Shown: in pieces, positions 26,500-39,579 of the stretch
Layout of the letters: every line of letters starts with the position of its first letter
Numbering within the stretch: position 1 is the stretch's first letter
NCBI GenBank assembly: GCA_951406725.2
Contig: OX597832.1
Coordinates: 66,650,001-66,714,000 of the forward strand
DNA from: Octopus vulgaris
Taxonomy: Eukaryota
Direction of reading: 5' to 3'
DNA length: 64,000 nt
Translations under genes and position numbers: made by a program
Notes under the pieces: model-generated
What the model was told of the DNA's origin: nothing
Databases searched by the model: none
The model's input: only the letters and a program-made list of their open reading frames with translations

Positions 26500-28440
26500 T
26501 CAAAGCAGGAAAGGAAGAGGACAGATAGAGTGCATTGATGGTGCTATTTTATGCTGATATTTCATCGATGATTGATGTTTGAGCACGGTAGTTTTGAAAG
26601 ATGAAAATTTAGCATATGAATAGCATCAAACCTGAATCAATCTATCTAATACTAATTTATGCTTAGTTCATCTCACCTCTTATTATTCCCTGATATAATT
26701 TTCTCTTTTTCTGTTTATTACCAGCGGAATATAGCTTCGTTGTGAGTATAAAAGCGTTTTCTTTAATGTTAACAGCTGCAGGTCTGACATTAACTTTATC
26801 ATGCAATTATGCATCGTGAAGACATAGAAAGGGAGCTGGAAATGCATCTAACAGGCATATTAACCTTAAGTTGGTTGTTGCAGATTATCAATAATTTTAT
26901 GATCAGTGAATGTTCTGAACATGTGAACTTTAGAACGGGGGATACTTTTTTATAAATGTGATGCACGGAACTGCAAGAGGCGGCCAGCTATTTAGACGGT
27001 CATCAATACAATTTGTTAAGGATCTCCTGTTTGTGACACAAAAGAATACATTTTATTTGAAAGCTAATAAATACACATCCGTATGTAAATTATTTGATTA
27101 TGTATCTTAAGATTTTTTTATGATCAACATGTGACGTAATGTTGATTTCTATCTTCCACGCTTCCACATAATATGTTACGTTCGAACTATCTTCTAGAAG
27201 TGTGCATGTAACATGAAGGTGACCATTAGATGATTACATGATTACAATTTGTACTAAAATGTTAACAGCAAAAAATACTGGACTAATGTTAGAACCTCAG
27301 CTGCTCTGCATAATCTGCTATATGTAGCATCTATATCTATATTATAGCATATGCAACATACAAATAATGTGGATTCATAAGCACCAGACGATGTAATTTT
27401 ATATGCTGTACATCCAAAAATAACTGGATGACCATAGTCAGTACATAATCTACAACACTAAATAAATTTAGCCAAATTTGAGTTGAACGAAATCAAAGTG
27501 AATTTTGAAGAAGTTAAGGATACCTTGCACTCATAAAATTAATTTCATTAAAGTTTATAAACAGGAAGATACTTGCAAGATCGTAGATTAATTAATGCTA
27601 TTTTCTTAGTATATGAATTGTGAGAAAAATAAGTTATAATACACTTGAGTTGATAAATTTCAAAATGTATTCGTAAATTATTAAATTTAAAATATGTTTA
27701 ATTACAAAGTAAATGAGGAAGTTGTATTTGTCTATCATGTTTCTCCCGATCAATACTTTTTTGTTTACAGATGCGATGCTGGGAACTGCAAGAGGCGTCC
27801 AGCTATGTAGACAGCCATAAATACAATTTGTTAAGGATTTCCTATTAGTGGCACAAAAGAAAACTTTTATTTAAGAGGTATTAAATACACATCGATATGT
27901 AAATTACATAATTATTTATCGTATGATTTTTTGATAAACATCTGACGAAATGTTGATTTCCAACTATCATACATCTAAATAATACGTTGCATCCGAACTA
28001 TCTTCTTCTAGAAGCGTTCATATAATATGAAGGTGTGCATTAGATGATTACATGACAATTTGTACTAAAATGATAATTGCATACATGTCCGATTGGTGCA
28101 TGTAAGACCCAATCAAAGACAGGATGTCGTTCAGTTCAATCGATATGAATAATGAATAATATAAATGTTAGTTTTCAAAATCGGAGTATGCTTGTCATAT
28201 TTACTACTTCATGTCCTATTTTTAATGTTGTAGATTCAGTATCTTTACGCTTTTGATTAGACAATTCTTTGATCAAGATTGTCATTAACGTACAGGAGAA
28301 ATAGGCGTCTGATGTAATATTCAGTCGCGCTGTATTCGGATACTCTGCAATGTATGATATTGTGATATCAACAAAAGTAATTTCAATAAAGTTCATAATG
28401 AATGTATAATAAGATCTTTTATAACAGTACATCTTTCCAC
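26500..28440 (-). pseudogene. Possible decayed protocadherin-like sequence
   Basis: Microsatellite-free stretch. Minus-strand fragments in plausible cadherin order: LLYVNDNLDQR, KYDKHTPILKTNIY (DxNDNxPxF..xY-like), NYHFST, KSIDREKHD, DYGHPV. Many stops. Confidence 0.3.
26956..28072. repeat. Diverged ~305-bp direct repeat pair (26956-27261 and 27771-28072)
   Basis: Colinear shared blocks: GGAACTGCAAGAGGCG, AATACAATTTGTTAAGGAT, AAATACACATC, AATGTTGATTTC, CGAACTATCTTCT, CATTAGATGATTACATGA, ACAATTTGTACTAAAATG. Confidence 0.9.
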
Positions 28441-29175
28441 ATCTTCGACGCCACCCGAGTTGACTTCATAAAACTCATATTCTTAATTCTTCAAACCGAT
28501 GCAAGAAGTGCTCTGAAGTGTAATAGGCGATGCTTTACTCGAAATTCTTACCTCATAACACCGAATGTTGCATCTCTGATGTGGAATAACTAATTGTCGT
28601 TTCTTTGTGATAGTATTTGTGAGGGAAAATGAGGACAAGTTGAGAATGGCAATAGATCTTGCGGTGAATGTGATGGTAAGGATAAAAGTAACACAAACGC
28701 ATCGTGTTGACACGGGAATTTTGAGTGACGGTGAGGATAGTTCGGGTAGTTGGATGGTGGAAAGTAGGAGAGCGTATGATTGTAATTGGTGGCGCTAATA
28801 GTAAAGAGGCTGGAGGAATCTGTGTTGATGGTGATAGTGGAGATGGTAGTATTTCACTAACACTTTTTCTCCGCTAATGCTACTAGTATACCAACCACCA
28901 ATCCAACTCCATGCCGGTTCATGTTTCACCATTAACACGCCCAACAGCCACAGTTACCATATTAGAATTCATTTCCATCATCTGCATAAACTCCACCACC
29001 ACTACCACCACAACCATCCTTCTCCTCCTCCTCATTATCATCATCTTCATCATCATCACTACCACCGGAATTTTCAGAGTCAACCACTTGCTATTACCAC
29101 TCCAAAATCATCTAATGAACACATTCAAAGTTAATACAGACCTTATTACGAATAATTCCATCTAAGTTCTCTCTC

Positions 29176-29229
<54 letters not shown>

Positions 29230-29399
29230 ACTTTTACCGTCACATCTTCTGATTGTAACTCCTCCAATCACTATATCTGCCTTTTTAATTAGGCTCAAAG
29301 CATGATTCGTAAAAAGAAACATAAAACATTCTTATATATAGGTAATATAGTTGTGTATTCACGTAAGAAAAGCAGAATTAAGCAGTATCTGAGCTCAAA

Positions 29400-29720
29400 A
29401 TCTGTAGATAGGAGTAGATAATGTAAATTGAGAAATTATTTCTATCAATAATATTTCTGAACTAGATTTTGATACTTTAAGCAAAAGCACTTCTAACCTT
29501 GATGAAACAGTTAAGATAAGACCTAGTTTTAATAACCGCAATACTAATAAAAATCGGGACTTCACACTTGCTGCTGAGAGGGAGATTTGCTCCAATACTT
29601 TTAACAATAACTACCACTTACAATTAAATAAGCGCTTTTGCAATTTTAATACCACAAACCGTGAACTCTATTGATTTGGAACAATCCAAATTATTTTATA
29701 GGTCCTCGCAATATAAGGTC
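29400..29720 (+). pseudogene. Possible leucine-rich-repeat gene remnant
   Basis: Open frame IISINNISELDFDTLSK...PSFNN...EICSNTFNNNYHLQL resembles LSxNxIxxL / IxxNTF LRR segments. Confidence 0.3.
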
Positions 29721-29945
29721 CTCGCAATCTATTTTCCTCGCTTACGACCTTGTGTAGTAGAGTAATAATCTAAATGGTTTCAAGACTATTTGGGGTCTAC
29801 TTCTAGCACACTAGTGTTGTAATCATTCAACACACTTATGATTTTAATATTAATTAAAATATAACTTAACTATTATCGTATTTTAGTATGCTGTCCAATC
29901 ATAAATCATTAAATAATGACTTTATCCTAATTACGTAAATTACAT

Positions 29946-30016
<71 letters not shown>

Positions 30017-30117
30017 GGAGTAAACAAATAAATGTGAAACAAGGTGGAAAAAGAGTACTCAAATACCAGTGGTAGAGTAATATGCTTTATTTTAAGCAGC
30101 AGAAAATTCAACAAGAT

Positions 30118-30155
30118 CTGTTACTCTGAGTTTCTCGTTGCCGTTCATCAGACAG
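30118..30155 (-). ncRNA. Minimal type I hammerhead ribozyme motif (PLE1 left arm)
   Basis: Minus strand CTGT-CTGATGA-ACGGCAACGA-GAAA-CTCAGAG-TA-ACAG: stem I CTGT/ACAG, core CUGAUGA/GAAA, near-palindromic stem III, GUA cleavage triplet. Confidence 0.8.
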
Positions 30156-31151
30156 TTTTTGCTAGAATGGAACTTATATATTAATTCAATCTATACTCTT
30201 ACAAACGCTACACCTTTAAAAAGAAATGGACTTGTTTGATTGGCCCTTTAGAAAAAACGGTCAATCTTCGAGCGATAAACAAAAAGGTCAAAAATATATG
30301 TATATATATATAAAAAAACTTATAAAAATTATAAAACTTATAAAATCCGAGGAAAAAACCGAGGAAAAAACCTATTGCCGTTAATGAAGACAGTACAAAT
30401 TAATGCATAGAAATTAAACCTGTTATAAATACTGCAATACATATTTATATTAAAATCCACATATATATATCAACATACACAAAAGGATGCGCGTAAACGC
30501 CATACATACATATACAGACGTATGAATATGAATCTAAATTATACACATAAAAGCATGTGTACATATATTCACGCAAACCGTCTCGCACGCAAGCTAAAAT
30601 TCATCTATGTAGCAATTCTCATATACTGAGCAAGGAGGGGGAACGAAAGAAAGGGAAAGAGAGAAAAAGGAACGAAGGAGGGGTGGGGAAAAACTTGTAG
30701 CGATATTATTGGCATCTATAGAGGCCAGTATACATACACAAGTTTGAATTGATACATATACATACCGTCGTGTGTATGCGTGCTTAAGCACAAGCATACT
30801 TTCACTTACACATACACAGATACGCATGCTTACAAATACATATGCTTTGCTATACACATACTTATATAAACATTCTAATTTTGACAACATTGCTTTTAAA
30901 AAATGGGTGCATTATTAAAAATATATACGAAAGACATATAAAATAAAATATAACATCCTATTTTGGGTCATTTATAAATAATCAAGGTAATATAAATAAT
31001 CAAGGTAATCCTATTCAATACAATAACATGAAAACAAAGTTTGTAGGTTTTTCCTAATATATATGTAGAAACAATAAGACTTTGCTATAGATCCGTCGTA
31101 GCGCTCAAGATTCAAAATCAAAATCAAAAATCAAAATACAAAATATATACT

Positions 31152-31466
31152 CTATCCATATGGTATATTTATATTCGACATTTTAAATTTAGCCGCGTGC
31201 CTACATAAGTTCATTAACTCACTTCTTTGATTCAAAGAATTATTGTCTTTGAATAATATGTGCATTTTCTCTAATAAGCAAAGCCTGCACTTGAAATTAT
31301 ATTTGTAAGCTCCATGCCTGTATGGTGCCGCCCTGTCCAGAATGCTCCATGTCACGTTGAAAGGTGGGGCTTCCTTTTCTTTTAGTTCCCAGACATATTT
31401 TGCTAGGCTGATTTTCTTCCTATTCTCTGGGTATTTAAAAGAATTCTTATGAGAATAAAATCTCAT
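31152..31466 (-). pseudogene. C-terminal fragment of a PLE GIY-YIG endonuclease (Naiad-like motif pattern)
   Basis: RFYSHKNSF...LAKYVWELK...VTWSIL..A.PY...CRLCLLEKMHIL...LNQRSELMNLCRH. The frame is open up to the inversion junction. Clade assignment is from recollection of motifs. Confidence 0.8.
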
Positions 31467-32515
31467 AAAATGTCGAATATAAATATACCATATGGATAGA
31501 GTATATATTTTGTATTTTGATTTTTGATTTTGATTTTGAATCTTGAGCGCTACGACGGATCTATAGCAAAGTCTTATTGTTTCTACATATATATTAGGAA
31601 AAACCTACAAACTTCGTTTTCATGTTATTGTATTGCATAGGATTACCTTGATTATTTATATTACCTTGATTATTTATAAATGACCCAAAATAGGATGTTA
31701 TATTTTATTTTATATGTCTTTCGTATATATTTTTAATAATGCACCCATTTTTAAAAGCAATGTTTTTCTTTAAAAAAAGCAATGTTGTCAAAATTAGAAT
31801 GTTTATATAAGTATGTGTATAGCAAAGCATATGTATTTGTAAGCATGCGTATCTGTGTGTGTGTAAGTGAAAGTATGCTTGTGCTTAAGCACGCATACAC
31901 ACGATGGTATGTATATGTATCAATTCAAACTTGTGTATGTATACTGGCCTCTATAGATGCCAATAATATCGCTACAAGTTTTCCCCACCCCTCCTTCGTT
32001 CCTTTTTCTCTCTTTCCCTTTCTTTCGTTCCCCCTCCTTGCTCAGTATATGAGAATTGCTACATAGATGAATTTTAGCTTGCGTGCGAGACGGTTTGCGT
32101 GAATATATGTACACATGCTTTTATGTGTATAATTTAGATTCATATTCATACGTCTGTATATGTATGTATGGCGTTTACGCGCATCCTTTTGTGTATGTTG
32201 ATATATATATGTGGATTTTAATATAAATATGTATTGCAGTATTTATAACAGGTTTAATTTCTATGCATTAATTTGTACTGTCTTCATTAACGGCAATAGG
32301 TTTTTTCCTCGGTTTTTTCCTCGGATTTTATAAGTTTTATAATTTTTATAAGTTTTTTTATATATATATACATATATTTTTGACCTTTTTGTTTATCGCT
32401 CGAAGATTGACCGTTTTTTCTAAAGGGCCAATCAAACAAGTCCATTTCTTTTTAAAGGTGTAGCGTTTGTAAGAGTATAGATTGAATTAATATATAAGTT
32501 CCATTCTAGCAAAAA

Positions 32516-32553
32516 CTGTCTGATGAACGGCAACGAGAAACTCAGAGTAACAG
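32516..32553 (+). ncRNA. Minimal type I hammerhead ribozyme motif (PLE1 right arm)
   Basis: CTGTCTGATGAACGGCAACGAGAAACTCAGAGTAACAG, identical to the left-arm copy. Confidence 0.8.
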
Positions 32554-32590
32554 ATTTTGTTGAATTTTCTGCTGCTTAAAATAAAGTATA

Positions 32591-32668
<78 letters not shown>

Positions 32669-32676
32669 ATTTACGT

Positions 32677-32734
32677 AAAGAATTATTAACTTCCCATTCT
32701 CTATTTTCATTTTCTTCTTTTAGAGATGTTTGTA

Positions 32735-32778
<44 letters not shown>

Positions 32779-32841
32779 ATGCATACAAACATCTCTAAAA
32801 GAAGAAAATGAAAATAGAGAATGGGAAGTTAATAATTCTTT
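32677..32841. repeat. Perfect palindrome: ~62-bp unique arms around a (TA)n centre
   Basis: AAAGAATTATTAACTTCCCATTCTCTATTTTCATTTTCTTCTTTTAGAGATGTTTGTATGC and its exact reverse complement. Confidence 0.97.
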
Positions 32842-32868
32842 ATTATTAACAACAAATTAATCATCAAA

Positions 32869-32931
<63 letters not shown>

Positions 32932-33639
32932 TACACATTTATAGAGGATATTGTGATAGGAATAAGCAAAAGGTAAGCAAAAAACAAGGTGCATTTTAAT
33001 TGTGGTCGGAAGAGTCAAATGTGTATCTACAGTGCATCAGAAGTCTCTATACAGCATCTCAGCTGCATGGTACCAGTGTATGGTGGGTCGAAACAATCGT
33101 TGCTGTTAGGAATAGAGAATCCCATTAATTCCAATTTCTCTCCTTCACATCTTTTATATATATATGTATGTGTGCATATCTTTCTAGCATTTTTTCCCTT
33201 TTAATTTGTCTCAGTCATTTGACTAGAGTCGTATATGTATATATGTGTATGTGTGTGTGTGTTTGTATACATATACGTATATATGTATCTCTCTCCCTAT
33301 TTCTCATTCTCCTACATTCTATCTTCTGCCCACAGGTGACCAGTGTCTAATTTTCTCAGCTATTTTCGCAACGAGATTCTCTTCCACTGATATTTTTCTT
33401 TCAATTTCCATTAATGATTTTCCCATAACTCCTGTGTTTGGGTGTGTTAATTCTCTCTTCGTCTATCGTTTTCAGTAAAATTACATTTGTCTACTTTCGC
33501 ACGTCCCCCGCGTACCGTTTTTCTTACTCGATCCCTAATTCTCCGCAAACCTTTCGGGTGTCGCAGATATACGAAGTTCGAAAGCCATTGTTAGTATTTT
33601 GGCCCTACGTGCGTTTTGTAGTATTTATTGCATTTTCAG

Positions 33640-33711
<72 letters not shown>

Positions 33712-33729
33712 CGCATGTGTGTGTATGTG

Positions 33730-34085
33730 CATAGGTAGATTGTTAGGTTGCTCACTTCTGCATCACATATCCGGTTCAGTCCGATCCGCACCAGATTGGG
33801 TGTCATCTACAGTAGCCATGTATCAGCAAATTCCATGTGAGTGACTTTGTTAGTAAATAATTGTGTAGGATGCCGTTCTGTATACATGAGTGCGTGTGTT
33901 TCATTTTAGGAGATTTTGTTTCCACCAGAATTACCACAACTTCATGTTGACAACATCACTGTAACTATCGTCAAAAGAAAACGGAAAAATTAGTAGAAAA
34001 GTATTAAAAAAGTAAGTAATAAGTACTAGCGTCCATCTGATCGACGACGAACCTTTCAAGCCTCTGCTCTAAACTGGCAGCAAAT
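33730..34085 (+). mobile_element. Degenerate SINE, same family as 62949
   Basis: CCGGTTCAGTCC (B-box-like)...GGGTGTCATCTACAGTAGCC...TGTGAGTGACTTTG, colinear with 62949-63333. Confidence 0.6.
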
Positions 34086-34607
34086 TATTGACCGAAACAA
34101 ATATAAATTTAATGATAAAACATAGAAAGATATGTAGATTTACACACATACACACACGTACACACACATACACTCTCTCTATGACACACACACATACACA
34201 CACACTCACAATCACGTATACATAGTCGTATAGTTCTGTTTTGCTCAAGTGAAATACAGAAACAACTGTGTGTGTAAATTTTTGAAAACTCAGAGATAAA
34301 GACAAAACAATATCTCTGTTATTCGATATACACCTAAATATACATAAAAACAACCACACGTAGAAGAAAAGGCTTTGGCTGAAAAGTTAGTGAATACATC
34401 AGAGTTGTATAGGGAAAGAGCCTGACACGCCAGTTAATTAAGTCTTTCGTTCATTAATTAACAATAAAAACTTAACTATATCCATTGCGTGTGTTTTATT
34501 TGGAGAATGAACATACTGAAATGACTTTTTCAACACACGGATTCACATGAAGTACCTTGGAAATGAAATACAAAAATAAATACATAAATATGTATGCATA
34601 CATCCTT

Positions 34608-34674
<67 letters not shown>

Positions 34675-34795
34675 CATATATAGAGATACATAGCTATAGA
34701 GATTTATACATGTTTGTATGTATATATATATGTATATATATATATACACGCATACATATATAAAGATACATAAATATACATATTCATACAAGTTT

Positions 34796-34847
<52 letters not shown>

Positions 34848-35425
34848 ATTGTCCTGCGTTGATAGCGTGACACTGTACAGTGTTAACATTGTTAGGATTA
34901 CATTTAATTATATACTATTAATTATGTGTTTGATAATGAATCGATATAAATTCATTGGCATTATTTTAATTAATTAATTAATTAAAGTACCTAATTATAT
35001 AGCCATTGGTAATTAACTTTCTTTGAAGTAGTAATAATTTGATATGATCAGCAAATATTTTTTTTCTTATTATCACAGTCTTCATTAACCCCGCGAATTT
35101 TCATTTGTTTGTGTTGGATTTTAGACATTCAGATCTTAATCTATTTAAGTGTCATAGAAAGATGCATACTAAGAACATTGATGTATAATAGCGTTCACAT
35201 ATCCTCACAAGCGAACACTGACGAATATATACATTTATACAGATCTAACTCTGTGTACACGCATAACTGAAATATTACGTTGTAGTGACAAAAATGAAAT
35301 CAACTTCACTTGATAGGAACTGAAGAGTCAGAATCAAAACTAAAGACTGAAGACTATTTCGTTGTGCAATCTAGTTTATGTTGTACTATTTAACTCCAAC
35401 TTCTATATACATAAAGAGAGATATG

Positions 35426-35495
<70 letters not shown>

Positions 35496-36161
35496 GATAA
35501 TAACTCAGTCCATAACACTTGCAGCAGAGACACAGACTTTGTTAATTCAAGAAGAAACAAACCACTTTAACGCTAGTGTACGGTGAATTATTGGGGACAG
35601 GAAGCTATAGAGGGAGAAAATTCCTGTATACACCTCCAAAAATCCAAGTTACACATGTTACTATATCAATGTACATAACTGTAGATAAATTTTATTTCTT
35701 CTAAAAAGCGAATATGACGTGAAATATTTACCTTTACGTACTGAGCTCAACCGCATTTAAGTAGATTAAACGAATAGATTGACGTTCGTTTAAAATCATT
35801 TAGCAAATAAGACGCTAAGACTGCAATTAGTGTAGGGATGCTTATACATGTAGTGTATATTACTGCTGAATATTGAGTTAATTACGTGTCAATTTGTTAG
35901 GGAAATGGAAAAACACAAAGCTCATTGAATATATTACGGCAGCATATATTATATTGGTGTGCATCTGAAGACAACGGACAAAAATGAGAAATGAAATATT
36001 GATAAATTACCTATATAAATCAATAATTTATTCTGATTTAAGCTTATAAGTGTTTATATCAAGCCATCTAAGTTATAGAACGCAAATTTCAATGGACTAT
36101 TTTCATATATCTGTGTGTATGTTTATATATCCTTGAACATATATTTTCATTCTTCTGAACG

Positions 36162-36219
<58 letters not shown>

Positions 36220-36269
36220 CTACATATATACGTATATATATGTAAGTATATATGCGTGAAGGGTGTTCA

Positions 36270-36870
36270 TTACAGATTTCATCTGACTCACTTCCGTTTA
36301 TTGCAAGAAATAAAACTTGTACAGTTATTGTACATTCACGACCATTTACACATGTGGAAGTTGTCTGAATGATGGTTTCCCCGAAAGCTAACAGCTATTC
36401 AGAAGCAGGAATGATGCAATTGCTCCCAGGCACTTTTGTTAATGTGCCAACAAAATGATGAGGACTTTTACGAGCAAACGTCTAACACAGGATGAAACAT
36501 TGCTCCATCAATATGATTGTGAGACTTAAGTTTAGTCGAAGTAATTTGAGCATAACTCACCACCTCCATAAAGGTAAGGTGTTGCTCAGTCTTTGGAGTA
36601 GTGATGATGCATTTTCTGGCAAAAGGTACTACAATTAACGGGGTATAATATGCTTCTCCGCTGCGAAAATTACGGGAAGGAATCACAGTAGAGAGGTGTG
36701 GCATGTTGACCAAAGTTGTCCGCTTTCCCAGTGAAAAATGCCCCTGTTCATATTGCGCATGTTGCTTAGATAAAAGCCCACTCCTGCGAGTATGAAATCC
36801 TTCCTCATCTGCCTGAATCTCCCGACCTTGCACCATCTGACTTCCATCTCTCAAATATCTCAAACATCTC
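36270..36870 (+). mobile_element. Degenerate mariner transposase remnant
   Basis: WFPRKLT (WVPxxL-like), GVVMMHFLAKGTTING, LRKLREGI..ERCGMLTKVV, SPDLAPSDFHL. Confidence 0.85.
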
Positions 36871-37173
36871 AATCATCTCAAGTCATATATATTATTATAG
36901 GAAAAAACTCAAAGTCTTACAGTTGTTTCTGGGTTATTTCAGAGTATGGGATATTCCGTAATCAGGGCGCAATAGAGGAAAATGAGAAGGGTATAGATTA
37001 ATGAAATGATGACATAGTTGACAGGAGAAAAGGAATAAGGAGAGGAAGTGAGAGAGCGAGAGAGAGAAAGAGGGAGAGAGAGAGAGAGAAAGACAATTCA
37101 TAAATGTTCACAGTTCAACTTTCGAGTGTTGCAGAAATAAATGCATAAGTTTTAGATGTAATCATTCTTAGAC

Positions 37174-37233
<60 letters not shown>

Positions 37234-37948
37234 AATAAAAATGCAATGGAGGACATTAAAACATTCGGAAAGTTAGAGAATACAAAGGCAGGCAAGAGAA
37301 ACAACAACGAGAAGCAAAAGAAAACGGGTCGTTTGTGGATTTCTTTCCTCACGTCCCAGATGTCATGTCCCAGATGTCATGACCATTTCGCGCAGTTACA
37401 CTTGAGATGTTTAGATCTGGTTGCCCGCAAAAAGTCTAAGCATTAGACTCCATTGTAAGAAAGGTAGCGAATGTGTACAGCAACAAAGACAAAAAACAAA
37501 CAAACAAAAAACGGTGAACATGGTATACGATCACGAATAGAAACAAGAAATAACAACAGTTGTCTTTCGATTGAGAACGAATGAAATTGCGCTGCTGTGT
37601 ATGAAGTGAATGGCTAAAGGCAAGAGCATAGGAGATGAATATAAGAGGTGTTGGCAGTCAACTTTCAGACTAAGAAAGAAAGACCATGGCTGGCCGGACA
37701 CTGGTCAAGTGGAAGGAGAAGAGATGGGTAGGAGGTAGCGGGATTGAATGATTAGAAAAAAAATCAGAGACAAAGAGAAAGTTACGGGGGAGATAAACAA
37801 TTGGGAAATAGTGGGAGTTAAAGAAAGGGAGGGTCAAGGAATGAGAGAGAGGGGGAACGAGTAAAAGGAAGAAAAAATGAGAGGGGGAATAAAAGATAGA
37901 GTAAGGGTCCTACAAAATTTAGTTATATATCTACTATAAAGTGAGCAC

Positions 37949-37993
37949 GATAGATAGATAGATTGATAGATAGATAAATAGATAGATAGATAT

Positions 37994-38042
<49 letters not shown>

Positions 38043-38045
38043 GAT
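37949..38045. repeat. (GATA)n microsatellite (others at ~46315, 47580-47700 and 62125-62232)
   Basis: Seen directly. Confidence 0.98.
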
Positions 38046-39088
38046 ATAGATGTATACATACATGTATACATATATACATATATACTTACATATATACATA
38101 CATATACACGTAACATACTGATTTTTGTCTTAATTGATGTCGATCATCTCTGAAGAAGAGCTACCTCTTTTATTTACTCTTCGAATTTGTTTCGAGCATT
38201 TTATTGTATATAACTCCCTTAGAATAGTCTTGTCTGTATATTTTAACCACATCTTCAATGAGATTTTGTTCATTAACTGTACTGATAATCTTAGTTCATC
38301 GACTATTTTATATTTTATGTATTACATAGATTAAACTCCTTTGAAAATAATTTGTTTTGCATAGGGTGTGATTTGAGCAATAGGAAAGTAACCGGGACAG
38401 AGAAATGATAAAGTTAATCAATTGCAATACATAACGTACAGTGTTCAAAAGATAAGGATTCTGAAGAGAATTCCATAATTTATTGTTCCAGGGTCAGTAA
38501 AATAACAAGCTAGTAAACAATAGAGAACCAATATCCGCATACGTAATGCAATGTGCCAAATGTGATGTCTACTGCGTGTTAGATAAATCAGAAAAGTTCA
38601 GGAAATAATGACCGTCGCTCTCTTTTATACAATGTCTAGTGGAGCCCACTGTCATCAAGTCTGGAATATTTGTACTAAAAATGTAAAAAGACGGATTAAA
38701 GACACAGTAAAATAACGACAATAACAATAATAATAATAATAATGATTATTATCTGGTGATGCTTTGGCACGTGCACATTTTCGGTTTGTTAATCAAATAA
38801 CGCCAAGAATCTATCTCATTTGCGGTAGCGATCAAGTCTAAAAAGTGTTCTCTGCCTGCAATTATCATTAGGAAAATCTACGTGAGTTGTCATTTGGCAA
38901 AAAGAAAGCTTAGACATACATCCATATTTATATGTATATGTATATATATACATACATATATAATCATTTACATTTGCATACATATGTATATGTAAATTTA
39001 TATACTTATTTATATATTATATCTATCTATCTATATATATATATATATGTATTTGTAAACGCATACTTCTACTACTACTACTGCTACA

Positions 39089-39119
<31 letters not shown>

Positions 39120-39230
39120 ATACTAATACTACTATTACTACTACTACTACAACTAATAATAATAATAATAATGATAACAATAAAACCTATACATATACAT
39201 ACATATTTATATATATATATATACACACAC

Positions 39231-39282
<52 letters not shown>

Positions 39283-39532
39283 GTGTATATATATATATAT
39301 ATTTGCATACCAATTAATGTGCATAGGTGTTACAAAGAATGCGAAGCTTCAATTAGAATAAAAAGACGATGTATCTTGAAAATACTGCTGATGATTATAA
39401 TGATGTTGAGAGTGAAATTCATGATAACAATAATGAAAATAATAACAAAAAGAAGAAAAGAAGGAAAGTAGAAGCAGAATAATAATGGCAACATCAACAA
39501 CAATAGCAACAGCAACACTAACCATGATAATA

Positions 39533-39578
<46 letters not shown>

Positions 39579-39579
<1 letters not shown>

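Larger units (their letters stand above)
30014..32586. mobile_element. Penelope-like element 1: 5'-truncated fold-back with ~1.1-kb inverted arms, inserted in (TA)n
   Basis: Arms 30085-31185 and 31466-32586 are near-identical reverse complements. The 280-bp spacer encodes a GIY-YIG C-terminal region. A ~70-nt tail is present only on the left (30014-30084). Each arm has a hammerhead. Confidence 0.9.

Noticed and set aside
28877-29165. His-rich ORF
   Set aside because: Degenerate (CAC/CAT)n low-complexity DNA, no domain.
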